From the IMG/VR virus record IMGVR_UViG_2872158770_000006: a DNA stretch of 39,775 nucleotides; one strand, written 5' to 3'. The translations under genes and the position numbers were made by a program. This document shows positions 7,255-15,892 of this stretch, in pieces. The notes below the pieces were generated by a model that was not told where the DNA came from, made no database searches, and worked only from the letters and a program-made list of their open reading frames with translations. This DNA is from a virus. Its lineage: Duplodnaviria > Heunggongvirae > Uroviricota > Caudoviricetes. Each line of letters begins with the position of its first letter. Position 1 is the stretch's first letter.

Positions 7255-10077
7255 ATGACGGCAGAGTACATCAGGGACTGGCAACAACCGCGCCACGCAG
7301 TGGGGCGTGAAGGAACGGGGATCCCCGCTCCTGAATCCGCGCTTTCCTCCTGGCTGGATGCCCACCGGGCAGAGAACGAGCGCCGCCAGGAAATGGCTGA
7401 TGCGGCGTTCTCCGCCACGCCACTGGGCAACCTGATTAATAAAAGCCTGGACGCACAGGAAAAACAGGACAAAACCATCACACTGGCAGGAGACGCCAGA
7501 AAACAGGCACGCGGCGCGGTGGATGAAGCCATGGCCTCGCTGCGCCTGCTGCCGTCCTATCTGCGCGATCCGCTTATTCGCCACCTCTCCTTCCTGCGCA
7601 AAAAACAGGAAGCCGATCGCCGGAAAGGCAAAAAGAGCTGGCAGGCGGAACGCTATGCACGCGGAACCCTGCGCAAAATATTCGAACGTCTGGATCGCAC
7701 TGACGGACACTGGCTGACACCGGGTTATCGCTCCCTTGCCGGACGTGAACGCCTGGACGATTTGCTTTACCTGCCGCAACTCAACAAACACCAGATACAG
7801 ACGCTGGCCACCATGACGGCGGCGATGTTCAGCAGCACCTTCGAAAAACTCTGCGATGGTTTTGGCGCGACTGATGGCGAGCTGACCATGGATGTAACGC
7901 TGAAGGCGTATCAGATGCTGGCCCGCATGGCGTTACACTTACACGCCATGCCTCCGCATTATGACGCACTGACAACAGACAAAGACCGGAGGCACGAACC
8001 GGACACAGAACTGCTGCCGGGCGCAATCCTTCGCCTGACCTGTGCGGAATGGTGGAAACGCAAACTGTGGCTGTTACGTTGCGAGTGGAGAGAAGAACAA
8101 CTTCGCGCCGCCTGTCTGGTTTCCAGAAAAACATCGCCCTATCTGAGCCAGGACGCGTTAAGCGAGTTTCGCGCACAGCGCGAGAAAACACGCGATTTCC
8201 TGAAAAGTTTCATGCTGGAAAATGAAGACGGGTTCACGATTGATCTCGAGACGGTGTATTACGCGGGAGTAAGTAACCCGGTTCACCGTAAGGCAGAAAT
8301 GATGGCCACCATGAAGGGGCTGGAACTTCTGGCCGAAGCCCGTGGCGACAAAGCGGTGTTTCTGACTGTCACCTGCCCGTCAAAATACCACGCCACAACG
8401 GAGAACGGTCATCCGAATCCCAAATGGAACGGGGCCACAATGCGCGACTCCAGCGATTACCTGGTTAACACGTTTTTTGCGACGGTCCGCAAAAAACTGA
8501 ACCGCGACGGCCTGCGCTGGTATGGCATCCGCACGGCGGAGCCTCACCATGACGGCACCGTGCACTGGCATATGATGGTCTTTGCTCATCCGGAAGAAAT
8601 CGACACCATTGTGTCCCACACCCGCGATATTGCCATTCAGGAAGATCGTCACGAGCTGGGCGATGACATAACTCCGCGCTTTAAGGCGGAGTATGTAGAC
8701 GGCTCAAAAGGCACGCCAACCAGCTACATCGCCACCTACATCGGGAAAAACCTGGACAGCCGCGCCGTGGATGGCATCGACCCGAAAACGGGCAAGCCAC
8801 GCGTTGACCACGAAACCGGAAAATCAATGGCCGAGAGCGTGGAACGCGCCATCGGCTGGGCGCGCCTTCACCGGGTCCGCCAGTTCCAGTTCTTTGGCAT
8901 CCCCTCCCGCCAGGTATGGCGTGAACTGCGCCGCCTTGCCAGCCAGATGGCACGCAACCCGGAAGGCCCGCAACGGCTGAAGGATGACGCAATGGATGCG
9001 GTTCTTGCCGCCGCTGATGCCGGATGTTTTGCCACCTACATAGAGAAACAGGGCGGCGTACTTGTTCCACGCAAAGACTACCTGATTCGCACCGCCTACG
9101 ACCTCGCCGATGAGCTGAACGATTACGGCGAACAGAGCGTACAGATTTACGGGATCTGGTCACCACTCATCGGGGAATCCTCCCGTGTGTGCACGCATCC
9201 GGATAACTGGAAGCTGGTAAGACGCAAACCGGAAGCGGAAGACAGCGCCCGCGAAAATGGTTTTGACCTTCAGGGCGGCCCTGCCGCCCCTTGGACTCGT
9301 GGCAATAACTGTCCCCGTGTACAGGAAACGGACAACAACGGGACAGAACAGCCGGAAGAACGGCCAGCACCGTGGCCGCAGCTCCCTGACGGCGTTGATG
9401 TGGATGAATGGATGCGCTCACTGAAACGGCACGAACGCCGGGCGCTGATGCGTTCGCTTCGTGACAAACAGGCAAAAAACAGCAGTGATGAAATGCAGAG
9501 CTGGACACAGAGCCGCAAACAGCAGCGGCCTTTGCCTGATAACCACGAATTACTCGCTAAAGAATGGCGGGAGTCTGCTGAATCTCTCGGCCTGCATATC
9601 GGTGAACAACAGATGCAGCACCTGTTACGGGGCGGCAGTCTGTACGTTGACGACAGCATCATTGCACCGCAGGGATTTGAAATTGTACGCAAACCGGATA
9701 CCCGCCCGGACAGCCGAATCACGCAGCTCTGGCAGCGCCTGAGCCGTAATCATGGCGTAAGCAGCACGGAGATCCGCCATAACCCGGTCGCCAGCTATCT
9801 GACACAGCTGGGGGCATCAGACCCTGAAGCCGCCGCACGCCTGGCATCCACACTTCAGCAGGACCAGAACACCATGAAAACACCCGTTACCGTGCTTTCT
9901 GACATGCTGCGCGCCATCCGCGACGCAGAGCACGCACAGAGAATCAGTGAAACCACTGAACGCGCCCGCCGCAAAGCAGACCTGCTGCGGGGTGGCCTGA
10001 CCAGTGGAAACAAAAAACAGACAGAAACGGGACTCACGAATCCCGTAAATGAGCAAAAAACGCGCAGCGATATATGA
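7255..10077 (+). CDS. A: Rolling-circle replication initiator, P2 gpA family, with a long C-terminal extension
   Basis: HUH motif TVHWHMMVF and paired active-site tyrosines SYIATYIGKN; 940 aa is longer than the roughly 760 aa remembered for P2 A. Confidence 0.85.
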   Translation: MTAEYIRDWQQPRHAVGREGTGIPAPESALSSWLDAHRAENERRQEMADAAFSATPLGNLINKSLDAQEKQDKTITLAGDARKQARGAVDEAMASLRLLPSYLRDPLIRHLSFLRKKQEADRRKGKKSWQAERYARGTLRKIFERLDRTDGHWLTPGYRSLAGRERLDDLLYLPQLNKHQIQTLATMTAAMFSSTFEKLCDGFGATDGELTMDVTLKAYQMLARMALHLHAMPPHYDALTTDKDRRHEPDTELLPGAILRLTCAEWWKRKLWLLRCEWREEQLRAACLVSRKTSPYLSQDALSEFRAQREKTRDFLKSFMLENEDGFTIDLETVYYAGVSNPVHRKAEMMATMKGLELLAEARGDKAVFLTVTCPSKYHATTENGHPNPKWNGATMRDSSDYLVNTFFATVRKKLNRDGLRWYGIRTAEPHHDGTVHWHMMVFAHPEEIDTIVSHTRDIAIQEDRHELGDDITPRFKAEYVDGSKGTPTSYIATYIGKNLDSRAVDGIDPKTGKPRVDHETGKSMAESVERAIGWARLHRVRQFQFFGIPSRQVWRELRRLASQMARNPEGPQRLKDDAMDAVLAAADAGCFATYIEKQGGVLVPRKDYLIRTAYDLADELNDYGEQSVQIYGIWSPLIGESSRVCTHPDNWKLVRRKPEAEDSARENGFDLQGGPAAPWTRGNNCPRVQETDNNGTEQPEERPAPWPQLPDGVDVDEWMRSLKRHERRALMRSLRDKQAKNSSDEMQSWTQSRKQQRPLPDNHELLAKEWRESAESLGLHIGEQQMQHLLRGGSLYVDDSIIAPQGFEIVRKPDTRPDSRITQLWQRLSRNHGVSSTEIRHNPVASYLTQLGASDPEAAARLASTLQQDQNTMKTPVTVLSDMLRAIRDAEHAQRISETTERARRKADLLRGGLTSGNKKQTETGLTNPVNEQKTRSDI

Positions 10078-10122
10078 AGCGCGCACAAAACAGGCAAAAA
10101 CGGGATTTCAGAATCCCGTAAA
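10025..10122. repeat. Two 25-bp near-identical palindromes (AAACGGGAnTnnnnAATCCCGTAAA) at the A 3' end and upstream of the parM-like gene
   Basis: Copies at 10025-10049 and 10098-10122; each is an inverted repeat (ACGGGA / TCCCGT). Candidate ParR-binding centromere/operator or stem-loops. Confidence 0.45.
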
Positions 10123-10153
10123 CGATTAATTAATCAACATAAGGAAAAGCGAC

Positions 10154-11113
10154 ATGAAAATTTGTATCGACGACGGCTCCACCAACATCAAGCTGGCATG
10201 GACTGAGAACGGCGAACGCCGCAACGCCATCAGCCCGAACAGCTTCAAGTCGGAATGGTCTGCGCCGTTCGGTGGCATGCAGCCCGCGAACTACATGCTT
10301 GATGGCGTGCGCTATGGTTTTGATCCGGTCAGCGATCGCTTTGTCCAGACAACCGACACGCAATACCAGTACAGCGATGTAAATGTCATTGCCATTCATC
10401 ACGCGCTGGTCAAATCAGGCATCACGCCACAGGAGGTGGATGTGGTTGTCACCCTGCCACTGAGCGAGTATTTCGACACAAACGCACAGCCGGACATGGC
10501 CAACATCAACCGCAAAAAAGCGAACGTTATGCGCCCGGTGGAGTACCAGAACGGCGAAGCATTCACTATCCGTAACGTGCGGGTTATGCCTGAATCCATT
10601 CCGGCTGGCTTTAAGGCACTGGCTGACATGAGTCCGTTTGAATCCCTGCTGATTGTGGATTTGGGCGGAACCACGCTGGATGTGGCAAAGGTTCAGGGGC
10701 AACTGGCAGGTATCAGCCAGGTGTTTTGCGATCCACACGTAGGCGTTTCTCTGATGGCCGATGCCGTACTGTCGGTGATGGCCACTAACGGTATGCGCAC
10801 CAGTCACCACATCGCCAATACCATTATCGAACATCGCCATGATGAAGCCTGGCTGCGCCAGCACATCCACAATGACGCGCATTACGCCAGCCTGATGGCG
10901 GTTATTCGTGAAAAGGAAGAAACACTGAAACAACGCGTGATCCGCGCGCTGGCGGGTTTTTCGGGTTACGGGCGGGTGATGGTTGTCGGTGGAGGGGCGG
11001 AGATTGTGGCACCCGCTATCCGCGAAGCCTGCGGAGTTAATGCGACTTTCATCGCGGACGGGGTGCCACAGTTTGCTCTGGTTAATGGGCTGTACGCAAT
11101 GGACAAGGAGTAA
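10154..11113 (+). CDS. parM: ParM/StbA-type actin-like ATPase
   Basis: 319-aa; N-terminal MKICIDDGSTNIKLAW, internal YSDVNVIAIHHAL, VMPESIPAGF, LIVDLGGTTLDV and C-terminal VMVVGGGAEI...ALVNGLYAM align along the whole length with plasmid R1 ParM as remembered. Confidence 0.8.
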   Translation: MKICIDDGSTNIKLAWTENGERRNAISPNSFKSEWSAPFGGMQPANYMLDGVRYGFDPVSDRFVQTTDTQYQYSDVNVIAIHHALVKSGITPQEVDVVVTLPLSEYFDTNAQPDMANINRKKANVMRPVEYQNGEAFTIRNVRVMPESIPAGFKALADMSPFESLLIVDLGGTTLDVAKVQGQLAGISQVFCDPHVGVSLMADAVLSVMATNGMRTSHHIANTIIEHRHDEAWLRQHIHNDAHYASLMAVIREKEETLKQRVIRALAGFSGYGRVMVVGGGAEIVAPAIREACGVNATFIADGVPQFALVNGLYAMDKE

Positions 11114-11117
11114 ACCA

Positions 11118-11429
11118 ATGACGACACCAACCAGACGGATAAGTTTCTATCTGAAGCCTGCGGCCGTCAAGAACGAAAGCGAAGCATGCGCCTGGCTGGG
11201 CAGCCTTACACCAGAAGCCCGCAAAAGCGGCCAACGCGTGGCTTTTCTGGCCGGGCTGGCACTTCTGAAAATGAATCCAGCAGAGGCTTACCGACTGGCT
11301 GCATGGGCTGACGATGAGGCGTTATCGGTGACACAAACCAGGACAGAACGCCCCGTGCCACAGCCAGTACCAACCGCACAGATAACCAGTCAGATAGCAG
11401 GGAATATCCGGGCATTATTTCCTGAATGA
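11118..11429 (+). CDS. ParR-like DNA-binding adaptor (putative)
   Basis: 103-aa ORF starting 5 nt after the parM stop with AGGAG RBS; N-terminal RRISFYLKP...AFLAGLAL is consistent with a ParR-like ribbon-helix-helix. Confidence 0.55.
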   Translation: MTTPTRRISFYLKPAAVKNESEACAWLGSLTPEARKSGQRVAFLAGLALLKMNPAEAYRLAAWADDEALSVTQTRTERPVPQPVPTAQITSQIAGNIRALFPE

Positions 11430-11489
11430 CGAATTTGACGGCTTTTAATTTTATCGGGGTGCACTGTCGCCCCGCACGAGGAAAACACG

Positions 11490-12014
11490 ATGAAAAAATA
11501 CGAATACATGCTAATGAAAGAAGCACTGCGGGCTGGTCTGGCTCCCTGTCCTGTATCCGTAGAAGCTGTTGTTGGGAACACGATTTTCCGAACGCTGCGA
11601 AATCGCGTATCCGTGAAGATGGTTCACCAACCACCCAAATCTACCAGCATGATCTATCTGCCGCTGCCCGAGGCTATCAAACTTATGCGTTCGCTGAAAT
11701 TTGCGATTTGGATGCAGACACAAATCAACAAAGCGGTGCAAAACACCTTCGTTAAGAGACTAATACCGGAGCTTGCTGCCAGATGTGCAAAATGTACCAG
11801 ACCCGCACTTCAATTTGATCTGTCATTGATTCAACAAGCTACGGAGGCAGAACTGTACCGCCTGTCACCTATCCGTGATGCTCACACGGAAGCATCAGAA
11901 ATGTTCCGGCTCATGTTTCAATTTAATTTTGCCGTTCGACGCACACGCGTTCAGGTCAATCGCATGATGCAGGAGCAGGAAGAGTTAACACAGTACAAAG
12001 GGGGCAGCCAGTGA
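11490..12014 (+). CDS. Hypothetical protein, 174 aa, accessory island
   Basis: ORF with GAGG RBS; stop overlaps the next start. Confidence 0.5.
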   Translation: MKKYEYMLMKEALRAGLAPCPVSVEAVVGNTIFRTLRNRVSVKMVHQPPKSTSMIYLPLPEAIKLMRSLKFAIWMQTQINKAVQNTFVKRLIPELAARCAKCTRPALQFDLSLIQQATEAELYRLSPIRDAHTEASEMFRLMFQFNFAVRRTRVQVNRMMQEQEELTQYKGGSQ

Positions 12015-12250
12015 GTAATTCAGCACGACTACAGCTTGGTTTTTCACCGCTATCAAAAACCATCGTATTGGCAAAAATGCGTGACTTAGGAGACGGAACA
12101 AAACGCCGCGTAGGAAATGATCGCGGTCGCGATGTAACCAACGAGGCCGCTCAACTCGTTTGGCATCTAGTCATGGCAGAAGGCGGTGAAATTAATTGGG
12201 AGCTGGATGATGGTTCTCGTATGATTTTGAGGGCCGAGAAGAGTAAATAG
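12011..12250 (+). CDS. Hypothetical protein, 79 aa, GTG start overlapping upstream stop
   Basis: Coupled by GTGA overlap; acidic C-terminus. Confidence 0.4.
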   Translation: MSNSARLQLGFSPLSKTIVLAKMRDLGDGTKRRVGNDRGRDVTNEAAQLVWHLVMAEGGEINWELDDGSRMILRAEKSK

Positions 12251-12264
12251 CTCAAGGGGGATTA

Positions 12265-12450
12265 ATGCTAAATGATGATGAAGAAGAGCTGCTTATGCAG
12301 GAATGGTCGCTCGGTGATTATGATAATGGTGAAAATGGGTGCCCGCATTGTGGCCGTTATCGTTTATGTATCTGCCAGAATGGAAAACACAGATGTGAAA
12401 AGTGCAATTGGTCTCCGGAACTTAATGACTACGTGCCGATCGAGTGGTAG
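12265..12450 (+). CDS. Small zinc-finger protein (61 aa, 8 Cys)
   Basis: CPHCG...C.C...C..C spacing; acidic N-terminus; AAGGGGGA RBS. Confidence 0.5.
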   Translation: MLNDDEEELLMQEWSLGDYDNGENGCPHCGRYRLCICQNGKHRCEKCNWSPELNDYVPIEW

Positions 12451-12940
12451 AGGTAAGTCACACTAGGTGTTTTTTAGTTGATTTTATAAATGCACAATAG
12501 TGCACAAATTTGCACAATTTTTTTGAACGACTTTTTGCCCTTCCGGCCCGCGTGGCGGCTGGATCCGTCAAGGATCCGTGCATGCACAAAAAAACGCGTT
12601 TTTTCTGCGCGCAGGTGACGGGGAACAGCCCGCGTTTCAGGGGGTAAATAGCATTCCCTGAACGATGTCGCAGAGATACAACAGAATGGCTGTATTTCTC
12701 ACGCTGAGCGTGAAAAAGACGTGAGGGCTTTTGATTTGATGGGGTGAAAGGTAAGGCCGTCAAAATCGCACTGAGACGGCGAGAATATGCAGTCAACGAG
12801 GTGGGATTGCGTAAGAGTCTGACTGTCGATGATGGCAATCAGCAGGAAAGCGTCGTGAAATTATCTGACTGATACAGGAGCTGGAGAGTCGGGGCATAAA
12901 TTTTTTATGCCCCGGCGAAGCAGCAGACAAGCGAAGCGCG
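12451..12940. other. Non-coding region upstream of the portal gene; expected location of cos and packaging signals
   Basis: 490 bp without a convincing ORF; three TGCACAA repeats (about 12490-12520), a GGATCCGT direct repeat, and a 10-bp-stem palindrome CGGGGCATAAA/TTTATGCCCCG (12888-12913). Confidence 0.35.
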
Positions 12941-13987
12941 TCAGGATGTGGGCTGGGTGTCTAACAGTGCGTAAGGGTTAAAGCGGATCACCTCTTCGCC
13001 AAGCCAGTCATTGATGTGCTTCATGGCCTCCATGACGGGCATCAGCTCGTTAATTGCGTAAACCCGCGCGGCCTTCTCCACATCACCAAACGCACTTTTT
13101 TCGCCCGGCATCGCCCCCATCAGTTGCGGCGGAACGCGGTGCGCAGCCAGCACATCATCACGGGATGCCGCCTTAACATTCATGAACTCATCCTTTGCGG
13201 TGATCTGCTGGAACGGCAAAATTTGCACCCCCTCTTTGCCCCCGTTGGGCGCATGAATGAGCACGTTTTTAAACGCACCACCACCACGTGCCCCCTGTAG
13301 CGTTTCTTTCAGGGAGTCCATGCTTTCGCGGTTTACCTGCGCTGCACCGATGTAGATGATGCACCCGGCGTGGGATCCGTTGTCGTAGTACAGTTTTCTG
13401 AACATGTCCGCCGAATGAGAAAGGCTGGCCGAGAGTAATGCGCCAAGATATTCCGGCATGCCGTAGATTTCCTGGTTAATATCCGGATTCATCAGGTGGC
13501 ACACTTTGCCAGGACGAAACTGAAACGCATCCTTGCCATCCTGCACATACCACCATGATTCAAGATCGCTTCCGCGTCGCATGTATTTCGCCAGGGCGTG
13601 CCGTAATTTAAGCGGTTCGCCGAGCATATTGCTCCGAAGCTCAAGGAATGCGTTACCGAACACAAACCAGTCCAGCGCCAGCGCCGAGAAATCCTGCCGG
13701 GAAAGCAGCGGGTGCGGAATATAGCAGCCGAGCAATACATTGCGCTTAAAGTAAAGCGCAGACTGATGCCAGGACGTTTGCCGGGCAGCTCTTGCCAGAC
13801 CGTACCAGTCCACCGGGGTTTCATACCACCGCCCGTTATCAGCACAGTACATATTGTCCAGCAGGTCATGCCCGGTCAGGCGGTAAGGACCATCAAATGT
13901 GAATGCACTGAGCGACGATTCTTTCCTGAGCGCATCAGCGAGATCAATGCGTGAACTCATGCGCACTTTTTTATTTTTTCTGCTCAT
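12941..13987 (-). CDS. Q: Portal protein, P2 gpQ family
   Basis: 348 aa, position and size match P2 Q; start overlaps the terminase stop (ATGA). Confidence 0.85.
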   Translation of the reverse strand: MSRKNKKVRMSSRIDLADALRKESSLSAFTFDGPYRLTGHDLLDNMYCADNGRWYETPVDWYGLARAARQTSWHQSALYFKRNVLLGCYIPHPLLSRQDFSALALDWFVFGNAFLELRSNMLGEPLKLRHALAKYMRRGSDLESWWYVQDGKDAFQFRPGKVCHLMNPDINQEIYGMPEYLGALLSASLSHSADMFRKLYYDNGSHAGCIIYIGAAQVNRESMDSLKETLQGARGGGAFKNVLIHAPNGGKEGVQILPFQQITAKDEFMNVKAASRDDVLAAHRVPPQLMGAMPGEKSAFGDVEKAARVYAINELMPVMEAMKHINDWLGEEVIRFNPYALLDTQPTS

Positions 13988-15738
13988 CAGAACTCCATAA
14001 CCGTGAAACGCTCGTTTTCTCCTTCGCCGCCAATCGGTTCGTTAATGACAGCAAGCATGGTTGCCCACGCAAGGTCGCCGTGGCTGATCCCCCTCGCGCG
14101 GTCCGTTTCGTAAGTGATAAAACCGCCCGGTGTTTTCACCTTACGCACGGCGTTAAAGGCCGCAACCAGCTCGCGTTCGGCGCGATCGTATTCCCACCGC
14201 CCGGCACGCATTATTTGCAGCATTTTCAGTACCAGCGACCGTTTTGATGACAGCGTGAAGGTGTAAGGGATGGCGGCGGGAAAAAACCGTTTCACTATCT
14301 GATAGACGGCATCCCCGTGCCCGCCCGTCGCATCAATGCCGATGTGTTCCACGTTGTAGCGATACGTGAACTCTTCAATAACTCTGGCCTGCTCTTCAAA
14401 TTCCAGCCCCTGAACGCGTCGCGTCTCCACCGTTCTGAAACGACCACCAGGAACAGCCGGAGGAACCACCACGGACACAGCGCCGCTGTCGCCGTTACCA
14501 CTGCTGCCGTTTGCGTCATACCCAATCCATACCGGACGATTCCCCATCGGGCGGGGGGCAAAGGGTTTCCAGTCTTTCCAGTCGTCGTATCCGTCAACAC
14601 CGCAGCCAATCAGGATATTCAGGTTAAATGCCGATTCCCCTTCGCGGACAAACTCACACATATAGAGATTGCGGAACTCGTCTTCGGTGTTTTCATCACG
14701 AATTTCATCAATATCGGTGTGTTTCCAGCCGTGATTAACCACATCTTCCAGCGTGACAATTTGCCGCCACGTCCGGTCAGGGCAGATAAGCCCGTTATGC
14801 AGCGTTTTCCAGTCCACAGAAAAACGCTGGCGTTTATGCGCGGCCTTTTTCTCGTTCCAGCGGTCGCCGTTCCAGTAGGCGTATGCCTCGTGCGTTTCGG
14901 TGGATGGCGTGGAGAAGCAGGTGCGCCGCAGTCCGCTGAGGGTTGCCATAGCGCCAGCCACCTTGCGCAGTTCAGCAAAGCGACTGACCCAGAAAAATTC
15001 ATCAAAATAAAAATTGCCCGTGTAAGATTGCGCCGTCGCAGCAGAAGTGCCGAGAAAATGCATCTCTGCGCCGTTGGAGAGGATGATTTTATCGCCCCCT
15101 TTCAGCTCCACATCGACTTCAGCCGCGGCCTTCTGAATAATGCTTTTAAACTGGAACGCCTGACGACGCGACGCAGACAAAAAAATCTGGTTACGCTGGT
15201 AAGGTTGTGCCACATCGTCACGCAGCGCCATCAGCAGTGCTTCCTGTGCAAAATACCAGGTCGCCCCAATCTGTCGGGATTTCAGGATCATCCTGTTACG
15301 TATCCCGGCTTCCCTGCAAAGCGTCAGGGAGTCAAACCAGCCCCGCTGATGCCACTCCAGCCTGCTGATGATTTTTTCCCGCAGTGCGGCAATCTGTTCC
15401 GGCGTGAAATGATTTTTGAGTTTTTTCGCCCGGCCTTTCTTTCCTGTGGCCGTCGCATCCGGCTGGCCATCATGCAGTTTTTTAAGCTGCCGGGTCAGCA
15501 GGTCTATTTCCTTAAAGTCACCACCTGTTTTATTCTGTTTTTCAGTAAGCTGGATGAGGCGCGCATCGATGGACTGCGTGACACGCTGCACGGGTGGCGT
15601 TTCATCCCACTGGTCGCGTTTTTTCCACGCATAAATCGTGTTCGGGTTTATTCCCATCAGACGTGATATTTCTGCGGGCGGATAACCCTGCCAGTAAAGT
15701 TGCCGCGCACGCTGGCGCACAAAAGCGTCCTGAATCAT
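13987..15738 (-). CDS. P: Terminase large (ATPase) subunit, P2 gpP family
   Basis: 583 aa; co-oriented upstream of Q as in P2; divergent from O. Confidence 0.85.
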   Translation of the reverse strand: MIQDAFVRQRARQLYWQGYPPAEISRLMGINPNTIYAWKKRDQWDETPPVQRVTQSIDARLIQLTEKQNKTGGDFKEIDLLTRQLKKLHDGQPDATATGKKGRAKKLKNHFTPEQIAALREKIISRLEWHQRGWFDSLTLCREAGIRNRMILKSRQIGATWYFAQEALLMALRDDVAQPYQRNQIFLSASRRQAFQFKSIIQKAAAEVDVELKGGDKIILSNGAEMHFLGTSAATAQSYTGNFYFDEFFWVSRFAELRKVAGAMATLSGLRRTCFSTPSTETHEAYAYWNGDRWNEKKAAHKRQRFSVDWKTLHNGLICPDRTWRQIVTLEDVVNHGWKHTDIDEIRDENTEDEFRNLYMCEFVREGESAFNLNILIGCGVDGYDDWKDWKPFAPRPMGNRPVWIGYDANGSSGNGDSGAVSVVVPPAVPGGRFRTVETRRVQGLEFEEQARVIEEFTYRYNVEHIGIDATGGHGDAVYQIVKRFFPAAIPYTFTLSSKRSLVLKMLQIMRAGRWEYDRAERELVAAFNAVRKVKTPGGFITYETDRARGISHGDLAWATMLAVINEPIGGEGENERFTVMEF

Positions 15739-15892
15739 TGCTCCCCCTGAGTAATTACAGGAAGATTACCCGCGCGCGAAACCGTTCTCCTTAACCCCCT
15801 GTTCTGGCCGTTTTCTTACAACAAAAGCCCTTTGTATCAGCCTGTTACGCTTTGCCATCATGACTGAAGAACCAGTCAGAGGGGCAAAAACT

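Noticed and set aside
6718-7791. 357-aa minus-strand ORF overlapping the early genes and the start of A
   Set aside because: It is antisense to the coherent plus-strand early operon and A; the translation is Cys/Arg-rich low complexity; no start context.
11430-11489. LexA box upstream of the 174-aa ORF (a Tum-like SOS-controlled antirepressor, as in phage 186)
   Set aside because: No CTGT-N8-ACAG-type SOS box is visible in the upstream region.
12458-12838. 126-aa minus-strand ORF in the cos region
   Set aside because: No RBS; it spans an obviously non-coding, motif-rich region; its translation has no recognisable features.
14317-15666. 449-aa plus-strand ORF lying entirely inside the terminase gene
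   Set aside because: It is antisense to a well-supported, family-recognisable CDS (gpP), has no RBS context and a low-complexity R/P-rich translation typical of shadow ORFs in GC-rich coding DNA.
15739-15892. Ogr-dependent late promoter dyads (TGT-N12-ACA) in the P/O divergent region
   Set aside because: Only an imperfect TGT-N15-ACA arrangement was found by eye; not enough to place the late promoters.
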